A stretch of DNA of 53,072 bases, filler included, from Squatina squatina (taxonomy: Eukaryota): assembly GCA_031763465.1 (NCBI GenBank). It is 3 parts of 3 records of this genome, joined end to end, with 100 filler letters (N's around TTAATTAATTAA, not from the genome) between each part and the next. Parts side by side here need not be neighbours in the genome. Positions count along the whole stretch, not along the records: positions 17,890 to 33,963 come from JARFOE010000046.1; positions 34,064 to 53,072 come from JARFOE010000001.1; 1 more part is not named here. One strand, written 5' to 3'. The position numbers and the translations under genes were made by a program. The notes beneath the pieces were generated by a model, which was not told the origin of the DNA, ran no database searches, and worked only from the letters and a program-made list of their open reading frames with translations. This document shows positions 25,881 through 38,341 of this stretch, one piece after another (the first letter of the stretch is position 1; each line of letters begins with the position of its first letter).

Positions 25881-27478
25881 GCAATGTTTCCTATGCAATA
25901 ATGGTAATCGAAGTTCGCAATTGTTAGGATCTCCTGGTATAATACCAATCATACAATAAGATTAATTGTTTGATGTTGCAGTAAATTCATGTAGGATAAT
26001 TAGAGTTCTCAGAGTGAGAATTAAGTGAATAGTGGCTATATACAACATAAATAATGAAGTACATTAATACTTGCTAATATTCAAACCTCCTAAATCAATC
26101 CACTGTTGCAGCTCTCTCATTAATCAAAAAAAACATGTAAAACAGCCTGGGGCCGACCTTAATTTCTTGCTTACACACTTTTGTTTAGTCCCGATTATGC
26201 CCATCAGACCATTTTTATGCATAGTCGACTATGGTAATGCATTATAACATTCTGTATGCATTAATAAGCATCCCAGATTGCCCTTGTTACGTCCTCCTGT
26301 GATGGGAGTGGGTTAATTGCATTCACAGATAGAATTTACACTCAACCAGATCTTGTACTGTTCCTGTTGTTGAGGCCAGTATGTTTTCAAAAAATAATAT
26401 AACAAAAGTCTTCAGGCCAAAGACGAACAGAAGTGAAGGCATCAGTTTTCTCAAATGGTAGTGTGGAGCAGCCACACATTCCCACTGTTTGGAGAATGAC
26501 AAGAATGGACACTGCCTTGATGCCATGAACATGTTGCAGTATGGGTGCAAAAGGACTATTCATTACTTTCAACATGTTTTATATGCAGTTCTTAAATACA
26601 ATTGCAATATTGCAGATTCACGTTGCATCATTCATGATATTTTTTAACTTGTCACTTATGGGAGACTATNNNNNNNNNNNNNNNNNNNNNNNNNNNNNNN
26701 NNNNNNNNNNNNNNNNNNNNNNNNNNNNNNNNNNNNNNNNNNNNNNNNNNNNNNNNNNNNNNNNNNNNNNNNNNNNNNNNNNNNNNNNNNNNNNNNNNNN
26801 NNNNNNNNNNNNNNNNNNNNNNNNNNNNNNNNNNNNNNNNNNNNNNNNNNNNNNNNNNNNNNNNNNNNNNNNNNNNNNNNNNNNNNNNNNNNNNNNNNNN
26901 NNNNNNNNNNNNNNNNNNNNNNNNNNNNNNNNNNNNNNNNNNNNNNNNNNNNNNNNNNNNNNNNNNNNNNNNNNNNNNNNNNNNNNNNNNNNNNNNNNNN
27001 NNNNNNNNNNNNNNNNNNNNNNNNNNNNNNNNNNNNNNNNNNNNNNNNNNNNNNNNNNNNNNNNNNNNNNNNNNNNNNNNNNNNNNNNNNNNNNNNNNNN
27101 NNNNNNNNNNNNNNNNNNNNNNNNNNNNNNNNNNNNNNNNNNNNNNNNNNNNNNNNNNNNNNNNNNNNNNNNNNNNNNNNNNNNNNNNNNNNNNNNNNNN
27201 NNNNNNNNNNNNNNNNNNNNNNNNNNNNNNNNNNNNNNNNNNNNNNNNNNNNNNNNNNNNNNNNNNNNNNNNNNNAGCTACACAATTGAACCTGAAATCC
27301 TCCTGATTTGCATATCACCGAGGAGTCGGAAGCTGGGTTCCCTATACTTATCAGATCAAATGAAGGTACTGTTTAAAAAGTCACAATGGGAGCTTACTGA
27401 CCAGTTACATGGAAGACTAACTAAGAAGAGAGATTACTGTTAAAATAATGCTGTGAAATTAATTTCTCTTCAATGCAG

Positions 27479-27577
27479 GTGACGACTTCAACAGGCAGCA
27501 AGTGCTTTTCATGCCGTTCAGTAGCGGAAAGAGATAAGTGGATGGAAAATCTACGGCGTGCAGTACAGCCAAATAAG
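27479..27577 (+). CDS. DAB2IP: DAB2IP-type RasGAP exon (end of PH domain)
   Basis: 99 bp, tgcag|...|gtaaaa. Encodes [33 protein letters not shown], SynGAP/RASAL2/DAB2IP family and closest to recalled DAB2IP. Confidence 0.85.
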
Positions 27578-28845
27578 GTAAAAGAACTGACTGTAACGTT
27601 CAAGGATGTTGCTGCCTTTTAGAGCTGTTTTGAGTATCAAATAGTATTGTACATTTTTTTTAAACGAGCTTTACATAGAGCAGTGTTCCCGACTTTCTTA
27701 TAGTGTTTTATTTATGCATTTCCATGAAAGCTATGGAAGCATACGTAAATATACAGTGGATGACTCACAGTTCCCCTCTTCAACCATGTTGTGGTTCTCG
27801 AGATTTTCCCTCCTGCTTGGTGTCCATTCACTCTAAGCATCTCTCTGTACGTGAGGAGCAACCTAGAAATATAAATTGTTGAAAGTGGGGTAGCTATGTG
27901 AAAAGCTACTCATACAAAATGAATAATCCCAGGCTTGATTAAGCAATAAAATAACTCTGTTTATAATCTTTTGATTTCTACTGCTGATTACTAAACCGCA
28001 GGGTGTATAAGGTTAGTTTTTAATTCTGGTCGATGAATTAAGGGTTTGTTGGATATTGCTGAAGAATTTAGAAGGTGTGTGCATAGCGTACATGTGGCAC
28101 AGGCATGCACTATTCCAATTATGTAACCATAGCTACCAAGAAGTCTATCATGATTTGACACAAGAAAATCAATGTGCCCCCTNNNNNNNNNNNNNNNNNN
28201 NNNNNNNNNNNNNNNNNNNNNNNNNNNNNNNNNNNNNNNNNNNNNNNNNNNNNNNNNNNNNNNNNNNNNNNNNNNNNNNNNNATGATTAGATAAATTATG
28301 TTGGGCCCAACACTGCTGGCAGGGCCTCTTATGCAGCCAGCACAAATCATAAAATCACAGGAAGTGTGCCTATGATTATCTGATATATGCTAAACGCCTC
28401 AGAAAAATTACCCTGTTGTGCATGTCTTGCAATCAAACAAATTAGTAAAGTGCAATATTGACTAGTTATTAATCAATACTTCAGTATTCTTTCTAACACA
28501 GTTACCCAATTTTTGGTTACACTTTTTTTGTTTTCAGAATATTGGGGACATCTCTACTTTCTACGTCCCATTTGTTTTCATATTCAAAATTATGTAACAC
28601 TGTTGTAACAGATCAATCCTTTTTACTTCCTCACTTGCAATAAATACTTCTTTGCTCAAATCTTAGCATGCTTTCCATGAATGGTTTAACAATGGAAGAG
28701 ATTCAAAACAGAGTTACAGTCTTAAATTGGCAATATTTTAATGTCTGTTTTCTTAAATAAATACTGTGCTAAAATGTAGAACGAGTTAATTTGGTGTTTG
28801 TCAAACAACTACTCATTGATTCGGCTCTAAAACTCTCTTTTACAG

Positions 28846-28869
28846 GATTTCTTGACAGATTTGATGATG
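28846..28869 (+). CDS. DAB2IP: DAB2IP-type exon 5' fragment (RasGAP domain), cut by an N gap
   Basis: Acceptor ctctcttttacag, then DFLTDLMM. LMM is the DAB2IP state (RASAL2 LVM, SynGAP DMAM, from recall). Confidence 0.8.
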
Positions 28870-30844
28870 NNNNNNNNNNNNNNNNNNNNNNNNNNNNNNN
28901 NNNNNNNNNNNNNNNNNNNNTTTAATCAAAAGATTTGGATAGTTGGCTCAAACCCTGCTCACTAAACTCAATGGCCTGAAATTCCAATTGGGGTCCAGGT
29001 GAAATCACAACAGACCCCAGTTCTGCCAGATTGTCACCCCAATTTTTAGCTATGCTAACATCCCCGAAGTTTGGGACAGCATCTCCAACTTCAGCCGTAG
29101 GTGCCCACTCCACCATATGAGCATTTGTGTAGAGCTCCTCCTCATTTGGCCTCATTAATGAGGAATACTGCTCCTATTCCACTGTACCCATCCATTCATT
29201 TTATTGCAATAGAACTTCTTGATGTCATGAGGGAATATTCTGCTTAAAGGTTACCTTTTATCAGTAACTCGAACAGGGTACCACTGGATGATTGAGAAAC
29301 ACGGGGAAGTGTACAGGTATGTATTTATAGCATTTAGGAATATGTGGAAATTGGGTAGGATCTGCTTCTCTCTTTGAGGAAAATCATCCAAAGCCAAGAA
29401 AAAACTCCAGAGGTGAATGGCTATCAATAATGGTGCTTATCTTTAGAGATACCTTTATTCTTTGAAGAAAATGTAGGAAGCTGGATTATAAATTGTAGTT
29501 CTTGAATCTTTCTTTCAGTAGCATCAAGTCATTTATTGTAGGCCACCTTAAATTTTGTACAGGAGCATCTTCTGTGAAGATTCAGGCAATGTGCCTGAAG
29601 TCTTTGTAAGGACCACAAGTGAAATAAGAAAATGTTAACTCTTCATTGGAGGTGGAACTTAAAAGTATTAGAAGAATTTCTAGTTAGGATACAGAGTGAT
29701 ACATGTTATAGTAAAGATTAGGGCCCCAAAAATGTTTGGGACACAATCCCAGTGGTTATACCACAATCATGTTCGCTGGTGCCCTCCAGCACTGATTCTG
29801 TCAGAGTTTGCAAGGTTAGTGGGAGACCACCTAAGTTGCATGGAGTAGGTGGGGCAAGTGCACTGTGCACATCTGCAATGCCCACTTGCCCCATGGAGCC
29901 ACATAATCTGCTGTCTACCTGGCATTGGGAGGGGATTACCCAGGCCCCCCAGCCATGACTCCACAGACCGCTGTGTAAGGGGGGGGTCACTCAATATAAA
30001 AGAAAAATTGCCCCTTTCTTCAGGAGTCCAGGCCGCGTGACTCGTCTAAATTATCTACCTCCCCGGTGAGGCCACTTCCACCATCTTGAGGCCGGTACGC
30101 CTCATCTCACTTGGCGTACTATACTGAGTCTCGAATGAGCTCTGGAAGTTGGAACTCCTGGTGTAGGGAGTTCCCTCCCTCTCTCGAATAACAGTTGCCT
30201 TGTAAGGGGCGGCAGATGTTCCTTATAACGGGGCAACCAATATCTGTGGAACGATATCGCATCAGGGCACAATGCCTTCAGGAGGGGAGAATTAAATAAT
30301 GTGGAATTACAAGTTCAGTTTGGGGTTTCAGACATCTACTTTCAAGTTACGTTTTCTCGAACTTCATTGTTACATTAACAGCTTGATGGGAAGTATCAAC
30401 ACATCAAAACAAAATTATTTTGGGGATATGCTTGCATCAGTAACTGAAAATAAAGTTTGTTTTACTTTTTGTCTAGACAGGAAATACTGAATGGTCCAGT
30501 GAATTATAGAATGTCTTTTGTTGTATTTTTGGGAATGTAGGAAATTGTTTTTGTCACAAACTCCCAGTTGTGCTCTGCACTGGTCTTTTGTTCAGAAAAT
30601 GACAGATTTCTTATGCTGCATATTCTTCTCATTATTCCTGTTACTACCAGTTCAGCTGCAGGTAATAATGTGTTTAAACCAAATCCCTAATTACATATTG
30701 TGTTTGAACACATGATGCAATTAATAATTGAAGTAAAGGCAGCTTTTGTATGCCTTTAAATAAATGGAGTCTTGATCAAAGTTAGATTTCCAAAAGTGTA
30801 GCATGGGGATTTAACTCGCAATTATTTATTACTCTTTTTAACAG

Positions 30845-30989
30845 GGGAGTTCATCAAGGCCCTCTATGAATCAGATGAGAATTGTGAGGTGGATCCGAAC
30901 AAATGCTCATCGGGAGACCTTGCTGAGCATCAGAGTAACCTGAAAATGTGCTGCGAGCTGGCGTTTTGCAAGATCATTAACTCATACTG
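30845..30989 (+). CDS. DAB2IP: DAB2IP-type exon (RasGAP domain)
   Basis: 145 bp, aacag|...|gtcagt. Encodes (G)[47 protein letters not shown](C). Confidence 0.85.
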
Positions 30990-31089
30990 GTCAGTTATCT
31001 CATTATACTTCACTAAAGATTTTCATGGCTTTTTTTCTTTTACTAGTTGCTTGGTTAGTTCCTGGTTTTTAGTTATGCCTTTAAATAAA

Positions 31090-31165
31090 ACAACAACTTG
31101 TATTTATACAGCACCTTTAACATAGTAAAATGTTCCAAGGTGCTTCACAGGAGTGTTATGAACAT
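31090..31165 (-). mobile_element. L2-type LINE 3' end
   Basis: acaacaacttgtatttatacagcacctttaacatagtaaaatgttccaaggtgcttcacaggag. Abuts a gap. Confidence 0.7.
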
Positions 31166-31265
31166 NNNNNNNNNNNNNNNNNNNNNNNNNNNNNNNNNNN
31201 NNNNNNNNNNNNNNNNNNNNNNNNNNNNNNNNNNNNNNNNNNNNNNNNNNNNNNNNNNNNNNNNN

Positions 31266-31340
31266 CTCTAAATTTCTCCCAGTCCTCAGGTTTGCTGCTT
31301 TTTCTGGCCAATTTGTATGCCTCTTCCTTGGATTTGATAC
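31266..31340 (-). mobile_element. CR1 ORF2 fragment
   Basis: Encodes SIKSKEEAYKLARKSSKPEDWEKFR, the region between endonuclease and RT. Confidence 0.7.
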
Positions 31341-31873
31341 TGGATTGGATTACACTCATTATAAGCTGTATTTAGACCCAGCTTGAATAAAAAACGAAGA
31401 CATGAATTTCCTGATGTTAGTCAGCTGCACAAAATCCAGACCTATCCTGCTCCTTAAGTTGCCAGTGCGGTGCAAACCAATTGGCGCCCCTTAACGTTTA
31501 AACAATGAACATTCTGGCTTTCCTGGAATCCATATCATTCAAAATTGGCCTCTTATTTGCTGAAATCAGATTCCAAAGACAATTTCTTTCAACTAATTGA
31601 GGGTCAGATTTCAAAGGTTGACTCACCATGTCATGGAAGACACCAGGACGAACATTACACAAGGTTTGGAGCAGGATCCTCGGCCCTCTCGCCACCCAAT
31701 GTAGGTCAAAAGTGGCCAATGAAGGAAATGCTGCCAAAACAAGCTACTTCATTAGTGGCAATGTTAGGGGTTATTATGACTGCAGTTCCAAATATTAAAG
31801 AAAGTTTTAAAAATCATTTTAGTTAACAGTGCGCTATTATTTAATTAAAAGGCCGCTTTTGTTCCTCTTTCAG

Positions 31874-32041
31874 ATTCCATCTCCAAGAACGAGCTCGCTG
31901 AATTTATCTGATCGACGGGATTATTTCTGCCACATTTTATTTAAATTGCATTGTATATCGTACGGCTGTTTCATCAGAAAAGGGATGGGGTTCCGGAGGT
32001 GGTGATACGTGTTACCAGTGGATACATTTTCATTTATCTAG
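31874..32041 (+). other. EPB41L4A: Probable non-coding 5' UTR exon of EPB41L4A
   Basis: Strong acceptor ttttgttcctctttcag and donor tag|gtatga. CpG-enriched, with stops in all three frames. Lies 144 nt upstream of the acceptor before the EPB41L4A ATG. Confidence 0.45.
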
Positions 32042-32187
32042 GTATGAGTAAGTGGCATTGTGCATGGCATCCCCCCTTGCTTGATTAACTGGACTTCAAA
32101 CTCGACAGATTTTTCACGGACACTTGGCTGAGTTACGCATTTGACTTTATATCTGGTTTAATCTCTACTTCTCGTTTCAATGCAGCA

Positions 32188-32286
32188 ATGGGTTGCTTCT
32201 GCGCTGCACAGGAAGAATTTTATTGCGAAGTTTTGCTTTTAGATGAGACCAAGCTTACCCTAACTGCCCAGCAACAAGGAATAAAA
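32188..32286 (+). CDS. EPB41L4A: EPB41L4A (band 4.1-like 4A, FERM protein) first coding exon
   Basis: Encodes [33 protein letters not shown], then gtaagt. Matches recalled human [33 protein letters not shown] with the same 33-codon boundary. Too short to appear in the ORF track. Confidence 0.93.
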
Positions 32287-33963
32287 GTAAGTCGATCCAG
32301 TCCAGCCGTCAAGGCACCTGCTGATTTACTCTGACATATTAATGTGTACAGCTTGATGATTAATTTATTTTTGTTAAATTCTTTCTTACTGTGATTATTT
32401 TATAACATCCACTCTCCCTTTACTGGAGATTGAAGAACCTGTTGGGAGGTGGTTAGCTGCCTTTGATGTAAAAATATTTATATTTAAGGACTTGCCTGTG
32501 TTAGATTTTCTGAACTAAGATTTAAACTATTGTCATGTTATCTTGTTTTTGTTCACCTGAGGAATTAGATGTGGAGTAAAATGTATCTCTGTTTCTCTGT
32601 TTAAGAGTTTACATGCAAAGTTAAGGATTTGGAATCAAAGGCAGTTTTGTTAGCAGTTGGCCTTGAGCAGTGACTGGTGTCCATACTTTTTACATTAATT
32701 TATTATTATACCTTTTAAGCAACAGATGCGCACTTAGACTGGAAAACATTGTATGTTCATTAGTAAGCCTATTTTTATTCACAAACATCAATTAATCTGT
32801 TTAATCTTTGTTTTGCTTAGAAATATTCTTCAATTTGCATAATCAGCAGTCATAGGGATTAAGTAGAATACTTATAATTAGTTTCCATCTGTGCACTGTT
32901 CCCTGTTTTATACGGAGTATATATTTTAGTCTCATGCAGGAAGGTTTCAACCTGTGTCAGGAGGGGGAGAAACAACATAATTCTGAGGGTCCCGTCCATA
33001 TTAACTATCTGTGCAACTCTGGCTAAAATTCTACTGAACCAATTGTTAGATTGCTTAATAATTGTCAATTCCTNNNNNNNNNNNNNNNNNNNNNNNNNNN
33101 NNNNNNNNNNNNNNNNNNNNNNNNNNNNNNNNNNNNNNNNNNNNNNNNNNNNNNNNNNNNNNNNNNNNNNNNNNNNNNNNNNNNNNNNNNNNNNNNNNNN
33201 NNNNNNNNNNNNNNNNNNNNNNNNNNNNNNNNNNNNNNNNNNNNNNNNNNNNNNNNNNNNNNNNNNNNNNNNNNNNNNNNNNNNNNNNNNNNNNNNNNNN
33301 NNNNNNNNNNNNNNNNNNNNNNNNNNNNNNNNNNNNNNNNNNNNNNNNNNNNNNNNNNNNNNNNNNNNNNNNNNNNNNNNNNNNNNNNNNTCTCTAATAG
33401 TTTTTATAGCCCTCCCTGCAGCTTTCATTAATCATTACAGTAGGTAGCTCAGTTGCTGTAGAAATACACTAAAACGCAGCAGGGGTTGACTATTTCAGAT
33501 TTGTAGCATTTGCAGTTTATTTTAATTTTATTATGGGAAAGACACTGGGCAGAAGAATCGAAAGATAGATTTGAAACGAGGATGTTTTCGTGCACCTGAT
33601 AGTTGCCCTATCAGTCAGAAAAGGTTCTCTACGGGCAAATATCTGGCAGTTACGTTACTCATAGTTTCCTCCTCCTTTAAATCTTCTGAGGGAGTTGTTC
33701 CAACATCCCTGTCATCCGATCATTTTTTAGCAGTCCAGTGAAAGGTTAGAACTGTCTCTTTTCATCCTTATAGTCGTCAGACTGTTAAAAATTCATTCAA
33801 AATTGAGATTATTTTGCAATGGATAACCATGGTATCTTTCTAATAAGGATTTGTTCAAACAGAGATGCATTTTCCCATGATATATGTGTAATTAAATTTT
33901 GCCCAGCATTTATCCCAAATCATTTTCCTCTTCCACCTTTTACTAGTGAATCTAAAAATAAGA

Positions 33964-34063
33964 NNNNNNNNNNNNNNNNNNNNNNNNNNNNNNNNNNNNN
34001 NNNNNNNTTAATTAATTAANNNNNNNNNNNNNNNNNNNNNNNNNNNNNNNNNNNNNNNNNNNN
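33964..34063. other. Artificial scaffold linker
   Basis: 44 N + TTAATTAATTAA (34008-34019) + 44 N, identical to the linker at 17790. Confidence 0.95.
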
Positions 34064-35005
34064 CATTTTGGGATGATACGGACCAAGTTCCTGTGCCTTT
34101 GTTATAATTCAAAATTGGTATCTGCAGATTGTGCTTCTTTCACAACAGCTGATAAGAAGTGATACTACCGTACAGGAAAGCTGCCGTTCCTCAGCATTTA
34201 CAAGTGTCACAGTCGCTTTACAGATTGTTAGGACACCCACTGTTTTCCGAGATTATGACATAATAAGCAAATGCTTTATGACCTGTTTGAAGAGTTAACA
34301 GAGGATTTGAGTGTCAGCCTCACATGAATTAATTATACATGGCTGAGGCCAGTAAAGGTGACACAGCACTCACCTTCTCTGCTGCTGCTACCTTCTAAAA
34401 TCCCACTGGAGCAATTGTGGTACCAGTCAGTCAGCAAAGGCTTTGATCAAGGAGACATAAAATTGTATCAGCTTCCCAACATCCCTGCAGCAGTTACATA
34501 GAAATCATACAGGGATATTATGCTGCTGCATTTCCCAGTGTTTTAGGTACTATCAACTGGAGCCAGCTGCCTAGTGGTTAAGCTGCTGAGAATAGGCTTC
34601 AACTCCAGTTCATTGTGCAGTGTTCTCATTTTTCATGGTTGTCCCTTTCTGCTGAAGCATTCTAATGTAAAATCATAATCTTGATAAATAATTGTAAGAA
34701 TGATAACTTATCACATTGTAATACTGAGACAGCAAAATAAAGATCTAAACTTATTGGCCCAGATTTTGCTGAAGCGGACGTCTTGCGGCTAACCCTGTTA
34801 GTTAGATACTCCCCCTCACCCTTCAGCTCGAAAATGTTTTGGGCTTCAAATTGCTGGAAGTGTGAGCTGATAATGGCAAAAGGACCTTGGTGAACATTGG
34901 GACCANNNNNNNNNNNNNNNNNNNNNNNNNNNNNNNNNNNNNNNNNNNNNNNNNNNNNNNNNNNNNNNNNNNNNNNNNNNNNNNNNNNNNNNNNNNNNNN
35001 NNNNN

Positions 35006-35089
35006 CAGCCATGATCTCATTGAATGGCAGAGTGGGCTCGAGGGGCCCAATGGCCTACTCCCGCTCCTATTTCTTATGTTCTTATGTTC
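35006..35089 (+). mobile_element. CR1 LINE 3' end
   Basis: cagccatgatctcattgaatggc...ggcctactcccgctcctat plus a (ttcttatg)n tail. Confidence 0.85.
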
Positions 35090-37584
35090 AAATTGAATAA
35101 CCATATATACAGGAACAGCAATTGACTAACTTTATACAAAGATGCCGATCTACTGGGAGACATGCCATAAATGTGACCTATCTAAAGTGTCTAGTGTCGT
35201 TTATGATGGGCATTTCCTTGACACAAGCTGGTCATGCAGATGAATATAAATTGCTGCAAAATGATTAGTAGCATTCAGGTCCATGAATATAAAAAATGGT
35301 GGTGTTTTGAAAAAAAATAATCCCATAGATTACAGGAAGCAGATTGATTGTAGCTAATTTAATTTTTTTTTAAGAGCTATAAAGTCTAGCACACATAAAA
35401 AGCCTTTGGTTACTGTTCCCACAGTGTCTGCTTTGTTTGCTCCAGAAGGTGTAATTTTCTAGCCGTCTCAGAACATCAAGTACCAGTAACAACATAGCGG
35501 ACAAATCAATCCACATCGTTTTATTGCTTGCCTGCAGCAAAGTAACCAATGCAATGAGATCATATACAAGTGGTGACAGAGTGATCGAAACTGGGTGTAA
35601 TCACTGTCCGTGTTTCTGGCTCTATGTATTAAACATGTTACTCCAATCAAAACCTGCCAACAAAAAGGCGGATGAAACATCTCAGTGGAAATATCCATTT
35701 ATCTATTCATATACACTTAAGATTACAATTAATAGATGCTTTGTGCAATATTTTGTATCATCATTATCCTAATAAGACATTACTACAAGTGGCTGCTGAG
35801 GCCAAGACTACAACGACACTTAAGAGGGAAATAAATAAGCTCTTGAAGAAAAAAAATATGNNNNNNNNNNAAACCCAGGGAAATATGATTGGAGTAGATA
35901 GCACTGATTTGGGGTTTGCACTGGCATAGGAGTGGTTTCTTAAAGCTGTATGAATTGACCTGTCTGTTGAAATTGAGGTAATAATAATCATGATTTCAAT
36001 TCGTGCTGAAATATTAAATTGGAAAGTTTGAATTGCTTTTGATTCTTGCAGTGCGCGAACCTGTGTCTGTCAGTAATGAAGGGCTGAACATCGGGGGACC
36101 AACAACATGCACTTCATTATAAAGTGCATGTCACAACTCCTGTGATCTCTGTGTGGGACTAAATAATTATGACAAGAACATCCAGTTAGTGGAAAAAAAG
36201 CTAAACTGGAAATTACCTTTTTAAGATCCTTGTGAACCTTTAAACAGTATATAATTAGATGACATTTTCAGTTAATAACAGCTTTTTTGAACATATGTTA
36301 AAGTGATTTTTAGCATAAATAATCCTGTGGCGAATACTCCCAAACTCCAATGTCTGTGTCTTTGTGTGTGTGTAAATTCTAAAAGATGATAAATGACCCC
36401 TCGCAACCAATGCATTAAGAAAAATAAGGCTGACTTTTGTTGTGCGCTGTACTAATGACTATAGCAGGCAAAACACACAATATCTCACTCCTCCAGTCAC
36501 AGAACTTCATTGTGTTGATGAGCCGCTGCATGATACTGCGAAGAGTAGCCAGTCTTTGTCTTTTGTAAGCAAGCTACAGCTTCATGCTACGGGCTAATGT
36601 GAGTAATGAGGAGGAAGGAAATTCTTTAAAACACATTATAACACCCGACTAGAAAAGAATAACTTAATCCTATTTGGACCGGGTTCCATTATTGCTCTCC
36701 ACCTTGTTTCATTTTCTTATTAAACTCATGGCTTGTCCCTTATTTTGTCATTGTAATTGGTATTTCATATTCCATCACCCACTGCATATGTCCAATTTCT
36801 ATCTCCTTACATTTTCCCTCCTCTCACCTCCATCACTTTTAAAAAGCCATTTGAGAACAGTTACCATCTCATATCTCCCAAATGTCCAATTTGAAGCACA
36901 ATGTGTCGTACATGCGCTTTATGACATGTGGCGCCCAAATTTATAGTAAAGTTAAATGAGGCAGATAATACGATGCTGAGCACCCTTTGTGCTGCAGCGT
37001 ATTGTACGATCGTTCCATATATTATCAGGCCCTAGGCTCCTTAGGCCTCCAACCTCGATGCAAATAGGACAGCAAAACGCCTGGGTTTGCAGTTGAGCGA
37101 TGAAGGTTCCTCCACCATTCATAGGCTAGCACAATTTTCATTGCTGGTGGCAGAAGGATGAACCCGGCGAAGATGAACCCTTCTCCCAAGACAAATATGT
37201 TAATAAAACCAATTTGACATATGTCAACTGGAACAAGCAATGCTCAGTCTCCTCTGAAAAAATACCAAGCAACCTGAACCTCTTTGTTGGAGGCCTATAC
37301 AACAAGAGACCGCCGATAAACGCATCACATCTGCATTGTAGGGTTGCCAACTCTGATTGGCCATATTCCTGGAGTTTGTATCACATGACCTCTTGCCTCT
37401 CACCGCCCTGTCTAGTTGAACAACCTTTCCTTTTTCTCCCACCTCCAGTAATTTTTTTAACTAATAAATAAGTATTCAAAGAAANNNNNNNNNNNNNNNN
37501 NNNNNNNNNNNNNNNNNNNNNNNNNNNNNNNNNNNNNNNNNNNNNNNNNNNNNNNNNNNNNNNNNNNNNNNNNNNNNNNNNNNN

Positions 37585-38341
37585 AAACACCTGAAATCTG
37601 ATTTTTTTTGTTTTGTTTTAAAAACCAGACTATAAATTAACAGGAAAAGAAAAAGAAAAACAAAGTATCTAACTCAAGATTGTTTAGTATACAGTGTTAA
37701 ACCACTTTCACAGTTCATGTTGAGTTGTAGATCTTGAATAATAATTAGGCAATCAATTTAGCTGTTTTTGCCTGTGCTGCGTTCAGTACAAAACATTTGG
37801 TATTGTTTTGTCAGTAGCTCACAGCAATAACTGTAACAGTTGGATATTTCAATACTGTTTACACTAAGACTGACCAGCAATGAATTATATGCACATCTCA
37901 CTTAAAATTTTTGTTCTTTTTGCATTATGTCAGTAACCTTAATTGTGTTTTTGTCTGTTCCACCATAGTCCTCAATGAAATTCTCCACAATACAGGCTGA
38001 AAGAGCTTCCATCTGAAGGAATGTGTTCAACATTGTTCGGAAACAAAAAAAAACATTCCAATGTAGCACATAACACTTCTCAATTTCCTTCTTGCAAGCA
38101 AATCACACTATGCCATTCTGCATCTCCTTCCTTCTTTCAGCCTCTCAGAGGCACAGTTGGCTCAAGTTTCAGTGGCAAATGCCTTTTTTAAAACTCAAAA
38201 ATCATCCATACCAGATCAAATTTAGAACTAGAGTCTGGATGCGAAATGTCACAATAGAAGACTTAGCAGCAGGTTATTTGGCCACTGGGATTACAGTACA
38301 GGGATGGGACAACTTTAACAAGCCCAAAGACCTATTTGAAT
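37585..38341 (-). other. FBXW7: FBXW7 3' UTR (distal part)
   Basis: Lies downstream of the last coding exon across a sized gap. U-rich on the minus strand, no recognisable repeats, carries miR-27 and miR-223 seed matches. Confidence 0.6.

Noticed and set aside
28922-29155. 77-aa minus-strand ORF within DAB2IP
   Set aside because: No recognisable homology, and the length is within chance expectation.
31874-32041. Poison exon of DAB2IP (joining TG|A to the 30989 donor creates TGA), analogous to SYNGAP1 NMD splicing
   Set aside because: The EPB41L4A start exon lies just downstream on the same contig and a gap separates it from DAB2IP. A 5' UTR exon of EPB41L4A is the simpler reading.
36105-36131. 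10-bp stem-loop acatgcactt/aagtgcatgt
   Set aside because: Too short and isolated to distinguish from chance.
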